Of a DNA stretch of 64,000 nt, positions 26,051 through 35,656 are shown in pieces (positions within the stretch are counted from its first letter, which is position 1; every line of letters starts with the position of its first letter). The DNA is taken from positions 1,376,001 through 1,440,000 of the forward strand of contig OY762926.1 in assembly GCA_963666735.1 (NCBI GenBank), in the 5' to 3' direction. The translations under genes and the position numbers were made by a program. The notes under the pieces are model-generated. The model made no database searches. It was given only the letters and a program-made list of their open reading frames with translations, and was not told the DNA's origin. This DNA is from Gemmatimonadota bacterium. GTDB taxonomy: Bacteria; Gemmatimonadota; Gemmatimonadetes; Palauibacterales; Palauibacteraceae.

Positions 26051-27907
26051 CTACTCGACCGTCACGGTCTTCGCGAGGTTCCGGGGACGATCCACGTCGC
26101 AGCCCCGCAGGACCGCGATATGATAGGCGAGAAGCTGGAGCGGAACGACGTTGACGATCGGTTGCAGGAGAGGCAGCGTCGCGGGCACCGGGATCAGGTG
26201 ATCCACCTTCCGGGCGAGTTCGGTCTCCCGGCGGGTCACGAGCGCGATCACGCGGCCGCCGCGCGTCCTAACCTCCTCGATGTTCACGAGCACCTTCGAG
26301 TAGACGGCGCCGCGCGGAGCCATGAAGACGACGGGCATGTCCTCGTCGATGAGCGCGATCGGGCCGTGCTTCATCTCGGCCGCCGGGTATCCCTCGGCAT
26401 GGATGTAGGAGATCTCCTTCAGCTTGAGCGCCCCCTCGAGGGCGATCGGGAAATTCGGGCCCCGCCCCAGATAGAGGAAGTTGCGAGCAGGGGCGAACTC
26501 CTCCGCCAGCCTCCGGATGTGGTCCTCCGTCGCCAGAACTTCCTCGATGAGGGCGGAAAGCCCGTCGAGGGCGCGCACGAAGCCGCGGCCCTCCTCGCGG
26601 CTCATCCCGCGCCGCCTCGCCATCATGAGGCCGAGGAGCGCGAGGGAGACAACCTGCGCCACGAAGGCCTTCGTGGACGCGACGCCGATTTCCGGACCGG
26701 CGTGCGTGTAGATTCCGGCGCGCGTCTCCCGCGCGATCGTCGAGCCCACCGCGTTGACGACGCCGAAGGTGGGGGCCCCCAGCCGTCCGGCTTCCCGCAC
26801 GGCCGCGAGCGTATCCGCCGTCTCTCCGGACTGCGAGATGCCGCCCACCAGCGTCCCCGGGGCGATGATCGGGTTCCGGTACCGGAACTCGGAGGCGTAC
26901 TCCACTTCGACCGGGAGGCGCGCGAGTGCCTCGATGAGGTATTCTCCGACGAGCGCGGCATGCCAACTCGTTCCGCACCCGGTGAGGACGATGCGCTCGG
27001 CCCCGTCGAGCTCCGGGCGGAACTCGTCGAGCCCGCCCAGCCGAGCCGTGCCTTCCTTCGCCAGCAGCCGCCCCCGCATCGCATCGCGCACGGTGTGCGG
27101 CTGTTCATGAATCTCGCGGAGCATGAAGTGGGGGTATCCCGCCTTTTCGATCTTCTCCAGGTCCCAGTCGACGCGGCTGACTTCCTTCGGGACGGGCTCC
27201 CATCCGACGCGGCCGCGGTCTCTCCCGACATCGATGGTCTGGCGCCCCGACGACGTGAGGACGGCCATTTCGTCGTCCTCCAGGTACACGATGTCGCGGG
27301 TGTGTTCGAGAACCGCCGCCACGTCCGAAGCCACCCAGGTCGCTTCTTCGTCCGTCTCTCCGATCCCGAGCAGCAGGGGGGCGCCGCGGCGGGCGACGAC
27401 GATGCGCGCGGGGTCGTGCACGCTCATGACCGCAAGCCCCAGCGTGCCCTCCACCTGGGTCAGTGCGGCGGCGACGGCGCGTTCCAGGTTCCCCTCGAAC
27501 GCTTCCTCGATCAGGTGCGCCACGACCTCGGTATCGGTCTCCGACGTGAAGCGGTGGCCGAGTTCCGAGAGCTTGGTTCGCAGTGCGTCGCAGTTCTCGA
27601 TCACACCGTTGTGGACCAGCGCCACGTCGCCGCGGCAGTCCGTCAACGGGTGGGCATTGGCGCGGGTGGGCGCGCCGTGCGTCGCCCAGCGAGTGTGAGC
27701 GATGCCGGCCCTTCCGGAAGGCGGGACTTCGCCGAGCCGCTCCGCCAGGTCGTCGACGCGGCCCGCGCACTTATGAAGATCGAGCCCCGAACCGGTGTGG
27801 ACGGCGAGGCCCGCCGAGTCGTACCCGCGGTATTCGAGGCGGCGGAGTCCGTTCAGAAGAAGGGGGGCCGCCTCCCCTCCACCGACGTATCCTATGATGC
27901 CGCACAT
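26051..27907 (-). CDS. glmS: Glutamine--fructose-6-phosphate transaminase
   Basis: MCGIIG N-terminal Cys, HTRWATHG, HNGVIEN, RNLAKTVTVE. Confidence 0.98.
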   Translation of the reverse strand: MCGIIGYVGGGEAAPLLLNGLRRLEYRGYDSAGLAVHTGSGLDLHKCAGRVDDLAERLGEVPPSGRAGIAHTRWATHGAPTRANAHPLTDCRGDVALVHNGVIENCDALRTKLSELGHRFTSETDTEVVAHLIEEAFEGNLERAVAAALTQVEGTLGLAVMSVHDPARIVVARRGAPLLLGIGETDEEATWVASDVAAVLEHTRDIVYLEDDEMAVLTSSGRQTIDVGRDRGRVGWEPVPKEVSRVDWDLEKIEKAGYPHFMLREIHEQPHTVRDAMRGRLLAKEGTARLGGLDEFRPELDGAERIVLTGCGTSWHAALVGEYLIEALARLPVEVEYASEFRYRNPIIAPGTLVGGISQSGETADTLAAVREAGRLGAPTFGVVNAVGSTIARETRAGIYTHAGPEIGVASTKAFVAQVVSLALLGLMMARRRGMSREEGRGFVRALDGLSALIEEVLATEDHIRRLAEEFAPARNFLYLGRGPNFPIALEGALKLKEISYIHAEGYPAAEMKHGPIALIDEDMPVVFMAPRGAVYSKVLVNIEEVRTRGGRVIALVTRRETELARKVDHLIPVPATLPLLQPIVNVVPLQLLAYHIAVLRGCDVDRPRNLAKTVTVE

Positions 27908-27914
27908 TCGCCGA

Positions 27915-29300
27915 TCAGACCCCGCGTCGTACCAGGGCGTCGATCCAGTCCGCGCGTTCGCCCGCCAGTTCCTCCCCGGGTGCCTCCGCCATGATGCGGA
28001 AGATCGGCTCGGTCCCGGACGGTCTGGCGTGGATCCACGACCCATCCGGCCACTCGAGCCTGATCCCGTCCTGCCGGTCCATCTCCGCTTCGGACGGGGC
28101 CGCGGCCGCGATCGCGGCGAGCGACTCCTCCATGCCCAGTCCTTCCCGGGAGATCGTGCGCTTCACGATCCGGTACGAGGCACGCTCGCCGACGACGGCG
28201 CCGAGCGTGGAACGGCTCTCCGCGAGGAACTGCAGGATCAGGGCGGCGGCCAGCGGGGCGTCCCGCGTGAGGTGGAGTCCCCCGTAGATGACGCCGCCGT
28301 TTCCCTCTCCCCCGATCGAACTCCCCACCTCGAGCATGCGGGCGACGACGTTGGCCTCCGCTACCGGCGTGCGGATCAGCGGTACGCCGACGCGATCCGC
28401 CGCGTCCTGTATCAGGCGGCTCGCGGAGAGGTTCGTCACGACGGGCGCGGGCTCGCGCGCGGCGACGAGTTCGACGGCCAGCGCCAGCGTCCAGTCTTCG
28501 CCCACGGGACGCCCGTTCTCATCCACGAGGGCAAGCCGGTCGACATCGGGATCCACGGCGAAACCGATGTCCGCGCGCACCTCCGTGACACATTCGGAGA
28601 GCTTTCCGAGGTTCTCCACAAGAGGCTCGGGCGGGCGGGGGAAGCGGCCGTCCGGTTCGAGATCGAGCCCGCTCACCCGGCAGCCGAGACGCTCGAGCAG
28701 CGGGAGCATGATCGGCCCCCCGGCGCCGCGCACACAGTCGAGTGCCACGTGGAACGCGTGCGACGCGATGAGTTCGCGGTCGATGATCGGCAGCGACAGA
28801 ATCCGCTCGACGTGGGCGCGGCCGGCGCCTTCCCGCGCGCTTCGGTCTCCCATGCGCGCGGACGCTGCGTATTCGATGGAGTCGATCTCTCCCTCGAACC
28901 TTCGCTGGACATCCCGTCCGGCCGGCGGCGAGAGAAACCGCCCCTCGCGCGCCACCAGCTTGAGCCCGTTCCACGGCGCGGGGTTATGGGAGGCCGTGAC
29001 GAGGAGTCCGCCCACCGCCGCCTCGTCCTCCTCCACGGCGAGGAGACCCGTGGGCGTCGCCACGATCCCGAGGTCGCACACATCCAGCCCGGCGGCCCGA
29101 ACCCCCGCCGCCACGGCGTCGAGCAGCACCGGCCCGGAGACGCGGCTGTCGCGGCCGATCAGGACATGCCCCCGGCCGGGAGCCCCGGCGGCGATGTGGG
29201 TGGCGAAGGCCGCGCCGTAGCGGGCGGCGATGTCGGGCGTGAGCCCTCGTCCCACGATGCCGCGAATGCCTGAGGCAGAAACGATGAGCGACCTTGACAC
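27915..29300 (-). CDS. glmM: Phosphoglucosamine mutase (alpha-D-phosphohexomutase family)
   Basis: GTG 29300; SGIRG, TASHNP phosphoserine motif, DPDVDR, GGEGNGG, RPSGTEP; directly upstream of glmS. Confidence 0.85.
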   Translation of the reverse strand: MSRSLIVSASGIRGIVGRGLTPDIAARYGAAFATHIAAGAPGRGHVLIGRDSRVSGPVLLDAVAAGVRAAGLDVCDLGIVATPTGLLAVEEDEAAVGGLLVTASHNPAPWNGLKLVAREGRFLSPPAGRDVQRRFEGEIDSIEYAASARMGDRSAREGAGRAHVERILSLPIIDRELIASHAFHVALDCVRGAGGPIMLPLLERLGCRVSGLDLEPDGRFPRPPEPLVENLGKLSECVTEVRADIGFAVDPDVDRLALVDENGRPVGEDWTLALAVELVAAREPAPVVTNLSASRLIQDAADRVGVPLIRTPVAEANVVARMLEVGSSIGGEGNGGVIYGGLHLTRDAPLAAALILQFLAESRSTLGAVVGERASYRIVKRTISREGLGMEESLAAIAAAAPSEAEMDRQDGIRLEWPDGSWIHARPSGTEPIFRIMAEAPGEELAGERADWIDALVRRGV

Positions 29301-29498
29301 GCTGCGTTCTCCAAGTTTTCCGGCGGGATCGAATCTGCCGACCGTGAGACGGACGCGGGATCTTAATGGTTGGGCGTCCGCGCGGCTTGCGGCGGCCTCT
29401 CCGGTCGCCCTCCCCTCGCGGCGGGAATACCTTGCGCGCTCGACCGCGATGCGTCGTGCCACGCGTCGTCTGCCTCTACCCGAGCCGGAGATGAAGAC

Positions 29499-30659
29499 GT
29501 GGACCCAGCCGCCCGACGGTTCGGAACCCGGGCCATTCACGCCGGGCAGCGCCCCGATCCCGCGACCGGGGCGATCATGATGCCGATCTTCCAGACATCG
29601 ACCTACGTCCAGGACGCCGTCGGTTCGCCGCGCGACGGTTACGACTACGCGCGGGTCAGGAACCCCACGCGCGACGCCCTCCAGGCGAATCTGGCCGCTC
29701 TCGAGAACGGGCGGTACGGCGCGGCGTTCTCCTCGGGTCTCGCCGCGACCGAAGCCATCGTCAAGACGGTGCTCAACGCGGGCGACCACCTCATCTGCGG
29801 CGCGGATGTCTACGGGGGCGTCGATCGCATGCTGCGCCACGTGTGGGAGCGGTTCGGAGTCGACTTCGATTTCGTGAACACGGGGGATCTCGATCAGGTT
29901 CGCGCCGCGATCCGCCCGGAGACGCGTCTCATCCACGTCGAGACGCCGAGCAATCCGACGATGACGATCACGGATATCGCGGCGTGCGCCGCGGTCGCTC
30001 ACGAGGCGGAGGCCGTATTGTCCGTCGACAACACCTTTGCGACGCCCTTTCTCCAGCGTCCGCTCGACGATGGCGCGGATGTCGTGATGCACTCGACGAC
30101 GAAGTTCCTCAACGGTCACAGCGACATGATCGGCGGCGCGCTGCTCACGAACTCCGAAAAACTCGCCGAGGGTTTTCACTTTCAACAGAAGACGAGCGGA
30201 GCCATCCCGGGTCCCTTCGACTGCTGGCTCGTCCTGCGCGGCACGAAGACGCTGCACCTGCGCATGCCGGCCCACTGCCGCAACGCGCAGCGGGTCGTCG
30301 ATGTCCTGCAGGGGCACGACGAAGTCGAAGCCGTGCGCTATCCCGGGCTCGAGAGCCATCCGCAGCACGCCCTGGCCGGGCGCCAGATGCGCGACTTCGG
30401 CTCGATGGTGAGCTTCGACCTGGGCACGGAGGAACGGGCCAACCGCTTCGCCGGACTCACGGAAGTGTTCCAGCTGGCCGAGAGTCTGGGCGGGGTCGAG
30501 AGTCTCGTATCCATTCCCTTTTCGATGACCCACGCTTCGGTACCTGACGAAAAGAAGCGGGAGATCGGGCTGGGGCCTGGACTCGTCCGACTGTCGGTGG
30601 GCGTGGAAGACGCTGACGATCTTGCGGAAGACATCGAGCAGGCCCTCGCCCGTCTCTGA
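29499..30659 (+). CDS. Cystathionine gamma-synthase/gamma-lyase family PLP enzyme
   Basis: [49 protein letters not shown] before GTG 29499. Confidence 0.93.
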   Translation: MDPAARRFGTRAIHAGQRPDPATGAIMMPIFQTSTYVQDAVGSPRDGYDYARVRNPTRDALQANLAALENGRYGAAFSSGLAATEAIVKTVLNAGDHLICGADVYGGVDRMLRHVWERFGVDFDFVNTGDLDQVRAAIRPETRLIHVETPSNPTMTITDIAACAAVAHEAEAVLSVDNTFATPFLQRPLDDGADVVMHSTTKFLNGHSDMIGGALLTNSEKLAEGFHFQQKTSGAIPGPFDCWLVLRGTKTLHLRMPAHCRNAQRVVDVLQGHDEVEAVRYPGLESHPQHALAGRQMRDFGSMVSFDLGTEERANRFAGLTEVFQLAESLGGVESLVSIPFSMTHASVPDEKKREIGLGPGLVRLSVGVEDADDLAEDIEQALARL

Positions 30660-30714
30660 GCGGCGGGGAACGCGGTGCCGCAGTCTCGACCGTCGAAACA
30701 GCGAAACAGGGAGT

Positions 30715-30741
30715 TGAAACAGGGAATCGGGGCCGGACGTA
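30715..30741 (+). promoter_or_regulatory. Putative SigW-type ECF promoter for the M48 peptidase
   Basis: TGAAAC-N17-CGTA, matching the B. subtilis SigW consensus elements. Confidence 0.5.
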
Positions 30742-30819
30742 AGGCCGGGAGCGCGGAAGCCGGTCCCGCGAATCGGCCGGCTCACATGAGCGCGACTTGA
30801 CGCGCAAGGGGGGGGATTG

Positions 30820-31809
30820 ATGTCGGCAGGCGACGAACACCAGAGACGGATCCTCACACAGATCGCCGCGGTCTCGTGGGAACACCCGGCGGACCGGGCG
30901 GCACTGAATGCGCTCCGCAGGATTCCGGGGTTCGACCTCGCCCTGCGAAAGATCCTCGCGCTGTTCGGGGAGCGCGCGCTCCGGCTGGCCTTCAAGGCGA
31001 ACGCGGTGCGCACGTCGGAGACGCAGTACGCCTGGATTCACGCGCGTCTCGCCCGCGTCTGTGAAGTGCTCGACGTGGAGAAGCCGCCGGAGTGCTACAT
31101 CTCGCAGACGCCGATCGTGAACGCGGGAGCGGTCGGCTTCGGCGAACCGTTCATCGTCCTCAATTCCTCCATGCTCGAGATTCTCTCCGAGGATGAGGTC
31201 GAGAGCGTGCTCGGTCACGAGGTCGGACACATCCTGTCCGGTCATGTGCTCTACCGGACCCTGCTGATCCTGATTCTCAACCTGGTGATTCTCCGATACA
31301 CGCTCGCGGGGTTGGCGCTGCGGCCGATTCTCATGGCCCTCATGGAGTGGTACCGGAAGAGCGAACTCTCGTCGGACCGGGCCGGGCTCCTCGCGGTGCA
31401 GAATCCGCGGGTCGCGATGTCCGCGCTGATGCAGCTTGCGGGCGGCGGGCGGGGCGTCACCCTCAACCTGGACGAGTTCATCGCGCAGTCCGACGAATAC
31501 CGGGCCGGCGGCGATCTCCTCGACGCCGTCTACAAGGTGCTCAACGTGCTCGGCCAGACCCATCCGTTCGCCGTGATCCGCGTGGCCGAACTGCGCGACT
31601 GGATCGAGAGCGGCGAGTACGACCGCATTCTGGCGGGCGAATACCAGCACCGGGACGAGAACGACGACCGCCCGTATCGCGAGGATCTTCGCGACGCGGC
31701 GAAGGGCTATCAGGACGGCGCGCGCGAACTCTTCGACGAGGTCGACGCTGCGGTGGATCGATTGCGGGATCGGCTGACCGGCGCCTTCAAGGGACGCTCG
31801 GAAGACTAG
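30820..31809 (+). CDS. M48-family (HtpX-like) Zn metallopeptidase
   Basis: NAGAVG, HEVGH (HExxH), ELSSDR, THP. Confidence 0.9.
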   Translation: MSAGDEHQRRILTQIAAVSWEHPADRAALNALRRIPGFDLALRKILALFGERALRLAFKANAVRTSETQYAWIHARLARVCEVLDVEKPPECYISQTPIVNAGAVGFGEPFIVLNSSMLEILSEDEVESVLGHEVGHILSGHVLYRTLLILILNLVILRYTLAGLALRPILMALMEWYRKSELSSDRAGLLAVQNPRVAMSALMQLAGGGRGVTLNLDEFIAQSDEYRAGGDLLDAVYKVLNVLGQTHPFAVIRVAELRDWIESGEYDRILAGEYQHRDENDDRPYREDLRDAAKGYQDGARELFDEVDAAVDRLRDRLTGAFKGRSED

Positions 31810-31863
31810 GAGCCCGCGGCAAAAGCCGTTGCCGGAGCGCGGCCGGCACGTCATCCTCCCGCC

Positions 31864-33192
31864 ATGAAACTCCTCATCATCGGCAGCGGCGGCCGGGAGC
31901 ACGCCTTCACGGACTGCCTACGCCGCGACGCACCGGACGCCAGAATCTACGCGGCCCCCGGCAACCCGGGCATGCTGGGCAGGGCGGAACTCGTCGACAT
32001 CCCGGCCGGAGATACCGGAGGCCTGCTCGACTTCGCGGCGGGGCGGGGCATCGACCTCACCGTCGTCGGCCCAGAGGCCCCTCTCGCGGCGGGCATCGCC
32101 GACCGCTTCGCCGAGGCCGGCCTGCCCGTCTTCGGGCCCGACCGGGCGGGAGCCCGCCTCGAGGCTTCCAAGGCGTTCGCCAAGCAACTGATGCGCGACT
32201 GCGGCGTTCCGACGGCGGACCACGAGACGTTCGACGATGCCGCGGCGGCGTTGGACTACGTCGCGGGCCACGAGGAACCGCTCGTAGTCAAGGCTTCCGG
32301 CCTCGCGGCCGGCAAGGGCGCCATCGTCTGCGAAACGCGCGGGGAAGCCCGGACGGCGATCGGAGAGATGATGGTCGACCGCAAATTCGGGGACGCCGGC
32401 GGGCGGGTCGTGATCGAGGAGTTCATGCGCGGCGTGGAGCTGTCCGTGTTCTTCGTGGCGGACGGCGAGCGCGCCGTGCCGCTGCTCACGTCCCGGGATT
32501 ACAAGCGGGTCGGGGAGGGCGACCGCGGCCTGAACACCGGCGGCATGGGAGCGTACTCCCCCGCGGCCCCGGCGGATCCGGACTTCATTGACGAAGTGCG
32601 CCGCGAGATCGCGCAACCGGTGCTCGACTCGATGGCGGAGTCCGGCGCCCCTTATCGCGGTTTCCTGTACGCCGGGCTCATGCTGACCGCCGATGGGCCG
32701 CGCGTCGTCGAGTTCAACTGCCGGATGGGAGACCCGGAGACGCAGGTCGTACTGCCGCTCACGAGGTCGAACCTGCTCGAGCCAATGCTGCGGGTCGCGC
32801 ACGGCGAATCGCTCGCGGGCTGGCGCCCCGAAGCCACTCCCGGACACGCCCTCGTCACGGTCATGGCGAGCGCGGGGTATCCGGAGAGTTCGGATTCCGG
32901 GCGGCCGATCGGGATTCCGGCCTTCGACCCCGGCAAGGTGAGGGTGTTTCACGCCGGGACCGCCATGAAGGAGGGGCGGCTGGTCACTGCCGGAGGGCGG
33001 GTGCTCGGGGTCACCGGGTTCGGCGGGACGCTCGAGGAAGCGGCGCGGCGGAGCCGCGCGGCCGTGGCCCGGATCCGATTCGATGGCGCCCATTCGCGAT
33101 CCGACATCGGGTGGCACGAACTGGATTCCGGCCTGCTCGGTCCGGACGAAGCGGCGCGAATGCATCCTTCGGGAACCGCCTCGGACGGTTAG
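31864..33192 (+). CDS. purD: Phosphoribosylamine--glycine ligase
   Basis: GSGGREHA, VVGPEAPL, GLAAGKG, NTGGMGAY, EFNCRMGDPE. Confidence 0.98.
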   Translation: MKLLIIGSGGREHAFTDCLRRDAPDARIYAAPGNPGMLGRAELVDIPAGDTGGLLDFAAGRGIDLTVVGPEAPLAAGIADRFAEAGLPVFGPDRAGARLEASKAFAKQLMRDCGVPTADHETFDDAAAALDYVAGHEEPLVVKASGLAAGKGAIVCETRGEARTAIGEMMVDRKFGDAGGRVVIEEFMRGVELSVFFVADGERAVPLLTSRDYKRVGEGDRGLNTGGMGAYSPAAPADPDFIDEVRREIAQPVLDSMAESGAPYRGFLYAGLMLTADGPRVVEFNCRMGDPETQVVLPLTRSNLLEPMLRVAHGESLAGWRPEATPGHALVTVMASAGYPESSDSGRPIGIPAFDPGKVRVFHAGTAMKEGRLVTAGGRVLGVTGFGGTLEEAARRSRAAVARIRFDGAHSRSDIGWHELDSGLLGPDEAARMHPSGTASDG

Positions 33193-33201
33193 CGGCTCAT
33201 C

Positions 33202-34053
33202 GTGCCGGAACTCCCCGAAGTCGAGACGATGCGCCGGGACCTCGCCCCGCTGCTCCGAGGCCGGCGGATCCGCCGCGTCCGCGTCCATCACGACGATCTG
33301 ATCCTCGGAGGGCTTTCGGCGCGGTCGTTTTCCCGCGCCGTGCTCGGGCGCGCCTTCGGAGACGCGGACCGCCGGGCCAAGCACCTGCTCTTCCCGCTCC
33401 ACGCGGCGGAGGGGATCGACGGTCCGGTGGAGCAATTGATGCGCGTCCAGGTCCGCATGACCGGCCGTTTCGCGCTCGCCTCGGAACGTCCCGACTCCCC
33501 GGAGTTCCGGCATCCGGGCCTCGACCTCGAACTCGACGATGGCCAGACGCTGTTCTACGACGACGTCCGGCGTCTCGGCGGCTTCGACCTGCTGACGCCC
33601 GAGGCATGGAAGGCCCGCGCGGACGCGCTCGGGCCGGAACCCCTCGGCCGAACGTTCACCGCCGCGCGGCTGGCTCGGATCGTCGCGCCGCTGCGGGCCC
33701 CGATCAAGAACACGCTGCTGGACCAGCGGCGGATCGCGGGTGTGGGGAACATCTACGCCAGCGAGGCATTGTACCGCGCGGGGATCGACCCGCGCCGACC
33801 CGCCGGTTCGCTCGACACGGAAGAGGTGCGCCGCCTGCACCGGGCGGTCAGGGCGGTCTTGCGCGAGGCGATCGAGAGCGCGGGGACGACGCTCAGGGAC
33901 TATCGCGCCGTGAACGGCCGCTCGGGCTCCTTTCAAACGCGGCTGGACGTCTACCAGCGCGAAGGAGTCGGGTGCCCGGGTTGCGCCCGGCCGATCAGTC
34001 GGATCGTGCAAGCCGGACGGAGTTCGTTCTTTTGTGCCGGCTGCCAGAGCTAG
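33202..34053 (+). CDS. mutM: Formamidopyrimidine-DNA glycosylase
   Basis: PELPEVET, AGVGNIYASE, C-terminal CPGC...CAGCQ Zn finger. Confidence 0.97.
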   Translation: MPELPEVETMRRDLAPLLRGRRIRRVRVHHDDLILGGLSARSFSRAVLGRAFGDADRRAKHLLFPLHAAEGIDGPVEQLMRVQVRMTGRFALASERPDSPEFRHPGLDLELDDGQTLFYDDVRRLGGFDLLTPEAWKARADALGPEPLGRTFTAARLARIVAPLRAPIKNTLLDQRRIAGVGNIYASEALYRAGIDPRRPAGSLDTEEVRRLHRAVRAVLREAIESAGTTLRDYRAVNGRSGSFQTRLDVYQREGVGCPGCARPISRIVQAGRSSFFCAGCQS

Positions 34054-34216
34054 CGTCGCCCCCCCGGTGACCGGATCGGCGCATGCCGACGACGGCCTTC
34101 GGTGCGCATATTGGTCGCGGAACGGTGTAGGGTGGGTCGACACCCGGCACGCCACTTCGGCGGCGGCGATCCGGCCGCTGCCGGCGCGCCGCCGCGACCC
34201 GGAGGGACAGGATCGA

Positions 34217-34810
34217 GTGAGCTACTCGGATCACAGCGAGCAGACGCTGGTGGAGATGTGTCTCCGCGGCGACGAGCGGGCCGCACGCGAGATCGTGCTT
34301 CGGTTCGAACGTCCGGTCTTCTCTCTCATCTTCCGAATGGTGCGGGACCGTGAACTGGCGGAGGACCTGGCTCAGGAAACGTTCGTCCGCACGCTGAACA
34401 ATCTCCGCAGGTACGATCCCTCCTACAAGTTTTCCTCCTGGCTCTTCAAGATCGGCTACAACCTGACGATAGATCATCTGCGCAAGAAGGAACTCGATGT
34501 CGTTTCCATGCACGGGGCGCCGGACGCCGTGACCCCGGACCGCCAGGCCGCAACGGAAATCACGCTCGTCTCGGGCGACGAACGACCGGATGAACTACTC
34601 GAGGCCCGCGAACTCGGATCCGAGATCGAAGCGGCCATCGGACAACTGCGACCCGAATACCGAACCGCGATCCTGCTGCGGCACATCGAGGGCTACGCGT
34701 ACGACGAAATCGCGCAGGTGATGGAGATCCCGCTCGGGACGGTGAAGACCTATATCCACCGGGCAAGAAACGAATTGAAGGCCGCTCTCGTACATCTGAC
34801 GGAGCCGTAG
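34217..34810 (+). CDS. ECF RNA polymerase sigma factor, SigW-like
   Basis: AEDLAQETF, KFSSWLFKIGYNLTIDHLRKK, YDEIAQVMEIPLGTVKTYIHRAR; GTG 34217. Confidence 0.92.
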   Translation: MSYSDHSEQTLVEMCLRGDERAAREIVLRFERPVFSLIFRMVRDRELAEDLAQETFVRTLNNLRRYDPSYKFSSWLFKIGYNLTIDHLRKKELDVVSMHGAPDAVTPDRQAATEITLVSGDERPDELLEARELGSEIEAAIGQLRPEYRTAILLRHIEGYAYDEIAQVMEIPLGTVKTYIHRARNELKAALVHLTEP

Positions 34811-34864
34811 CAGGCCCGCGGGTGCTTCTTCCGCGGGTTGCCGACGCCTCCAGGGAGAACAGGA

Positions 34865-35656
34865 GTGAACTTGTCGCACCTTACACCTGAGGGAATCGAG
34901 CGATTCGCCAGCCGGAGGTCGGCGGCGTCCCCGCACGGCACGATGGCCGACCATCTGGCCGCGTGCGCCCGTTGCCGGAAGGAAGTGGAGGCGCTGCGGG
35001 AGGTCGTCGCGTTTCTCGAAGGCCTGACCCCGCATCGGCCGACCGACGGATTTGCGGAGGGGGTCGCACGGCGGATCGACTTCGCGGGCGCCGCGCTCGA
35101 CCGCCGGTTGGCACAGTTGCCCGAGTGGTCGCCCGCGCCTGCCTTTGCGAGCGATGTCCTGGCGCAGGTCGACCTGCCTCACCCGGCGCTCGATCGCGCG
35201 CTCTCCGGGCTCCGCACCTGGTCCCCCGCCCCGGCGTTCGCCTCGGCCGTCATGGCCCGCGTGCGATTGCCGGTCCCGTGGCCCGAGCGCCTCCTCCGCT
35301 TCGCGCGGCGGCGCCGGGCGGCGCTGGCCACAGCGGGTGCGGCCACGCTGACCGTGTCGGGAGGCGCCGCGGCCTGGCTGTTCGGCGCGCAGGGCCTGGC
35401 CCCCGGTCAGCTTATCGCAGTCGCCCTCAGCGGTGCGCGGACCGTGCTTGTCGACACCATGCTCGCGGCGGGCCGCCTGGCGTACCGTTTCGGCCTCGTG
35501 GACGCGGGCGGATCGATTGCCGACCGGATCAGCCCGACCGCCGCGCTCGGCAGCCTGGCCTTGTCGAGTCTCGTCGGGCTCGCCTCTCTCTGGTACATGG
35601 CCAGACTGTTCCGGCAGCCGCTCCCACGACGCGTTCGCATCGAGAGGGCCGCATGA
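34865..35656 (+). CDS. Zn-binding (ZAS) transmembrane anti-sigma factor with internal repeats
   Basis: HLAACARC (Hx3Cx2C) directly after the ECF gene; C-terminal hydrophobic segments. Confidence 0.8.
   Translation: MNLSHLTPEGIERFASRRSAASPHGTMADHLAACARCRKEVEALREVVAFLEGLTPHRPTDGFAEGVARRIDFAGAALDRRLAQLPEWSPAPAFASDVLAQVDLPHPALDRALSGLRTWSPAPAFASAVMARVRLPVPWPERLLRFARRRRAALATAGAATLTVSGGAAAWLFGAQGLAPGQLIAVALSGARTVLVDTMLAAGRLAYRFGLVDAGGSIADRISPTAALGSLALSSLVGLASLWYMARLFRQPLPRRVRIERAA

Noticed and set aside
27908..27914. glmS ribozyme
   Set aside because: Only 7 nt separate glmM from glmS
29301..29498. SAM riboswitch before the cystathionine lyase/synthase
   Set aside because: No SAM-I core (AUC...GAU, AGA) or terminator recognisable by eye
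27915..31013. 1032-aa minus-strand ORF
   Set aside because: Only 27915..29300 (GlmM) is protein-like; the rest is antisense to the PLP enzyme gene
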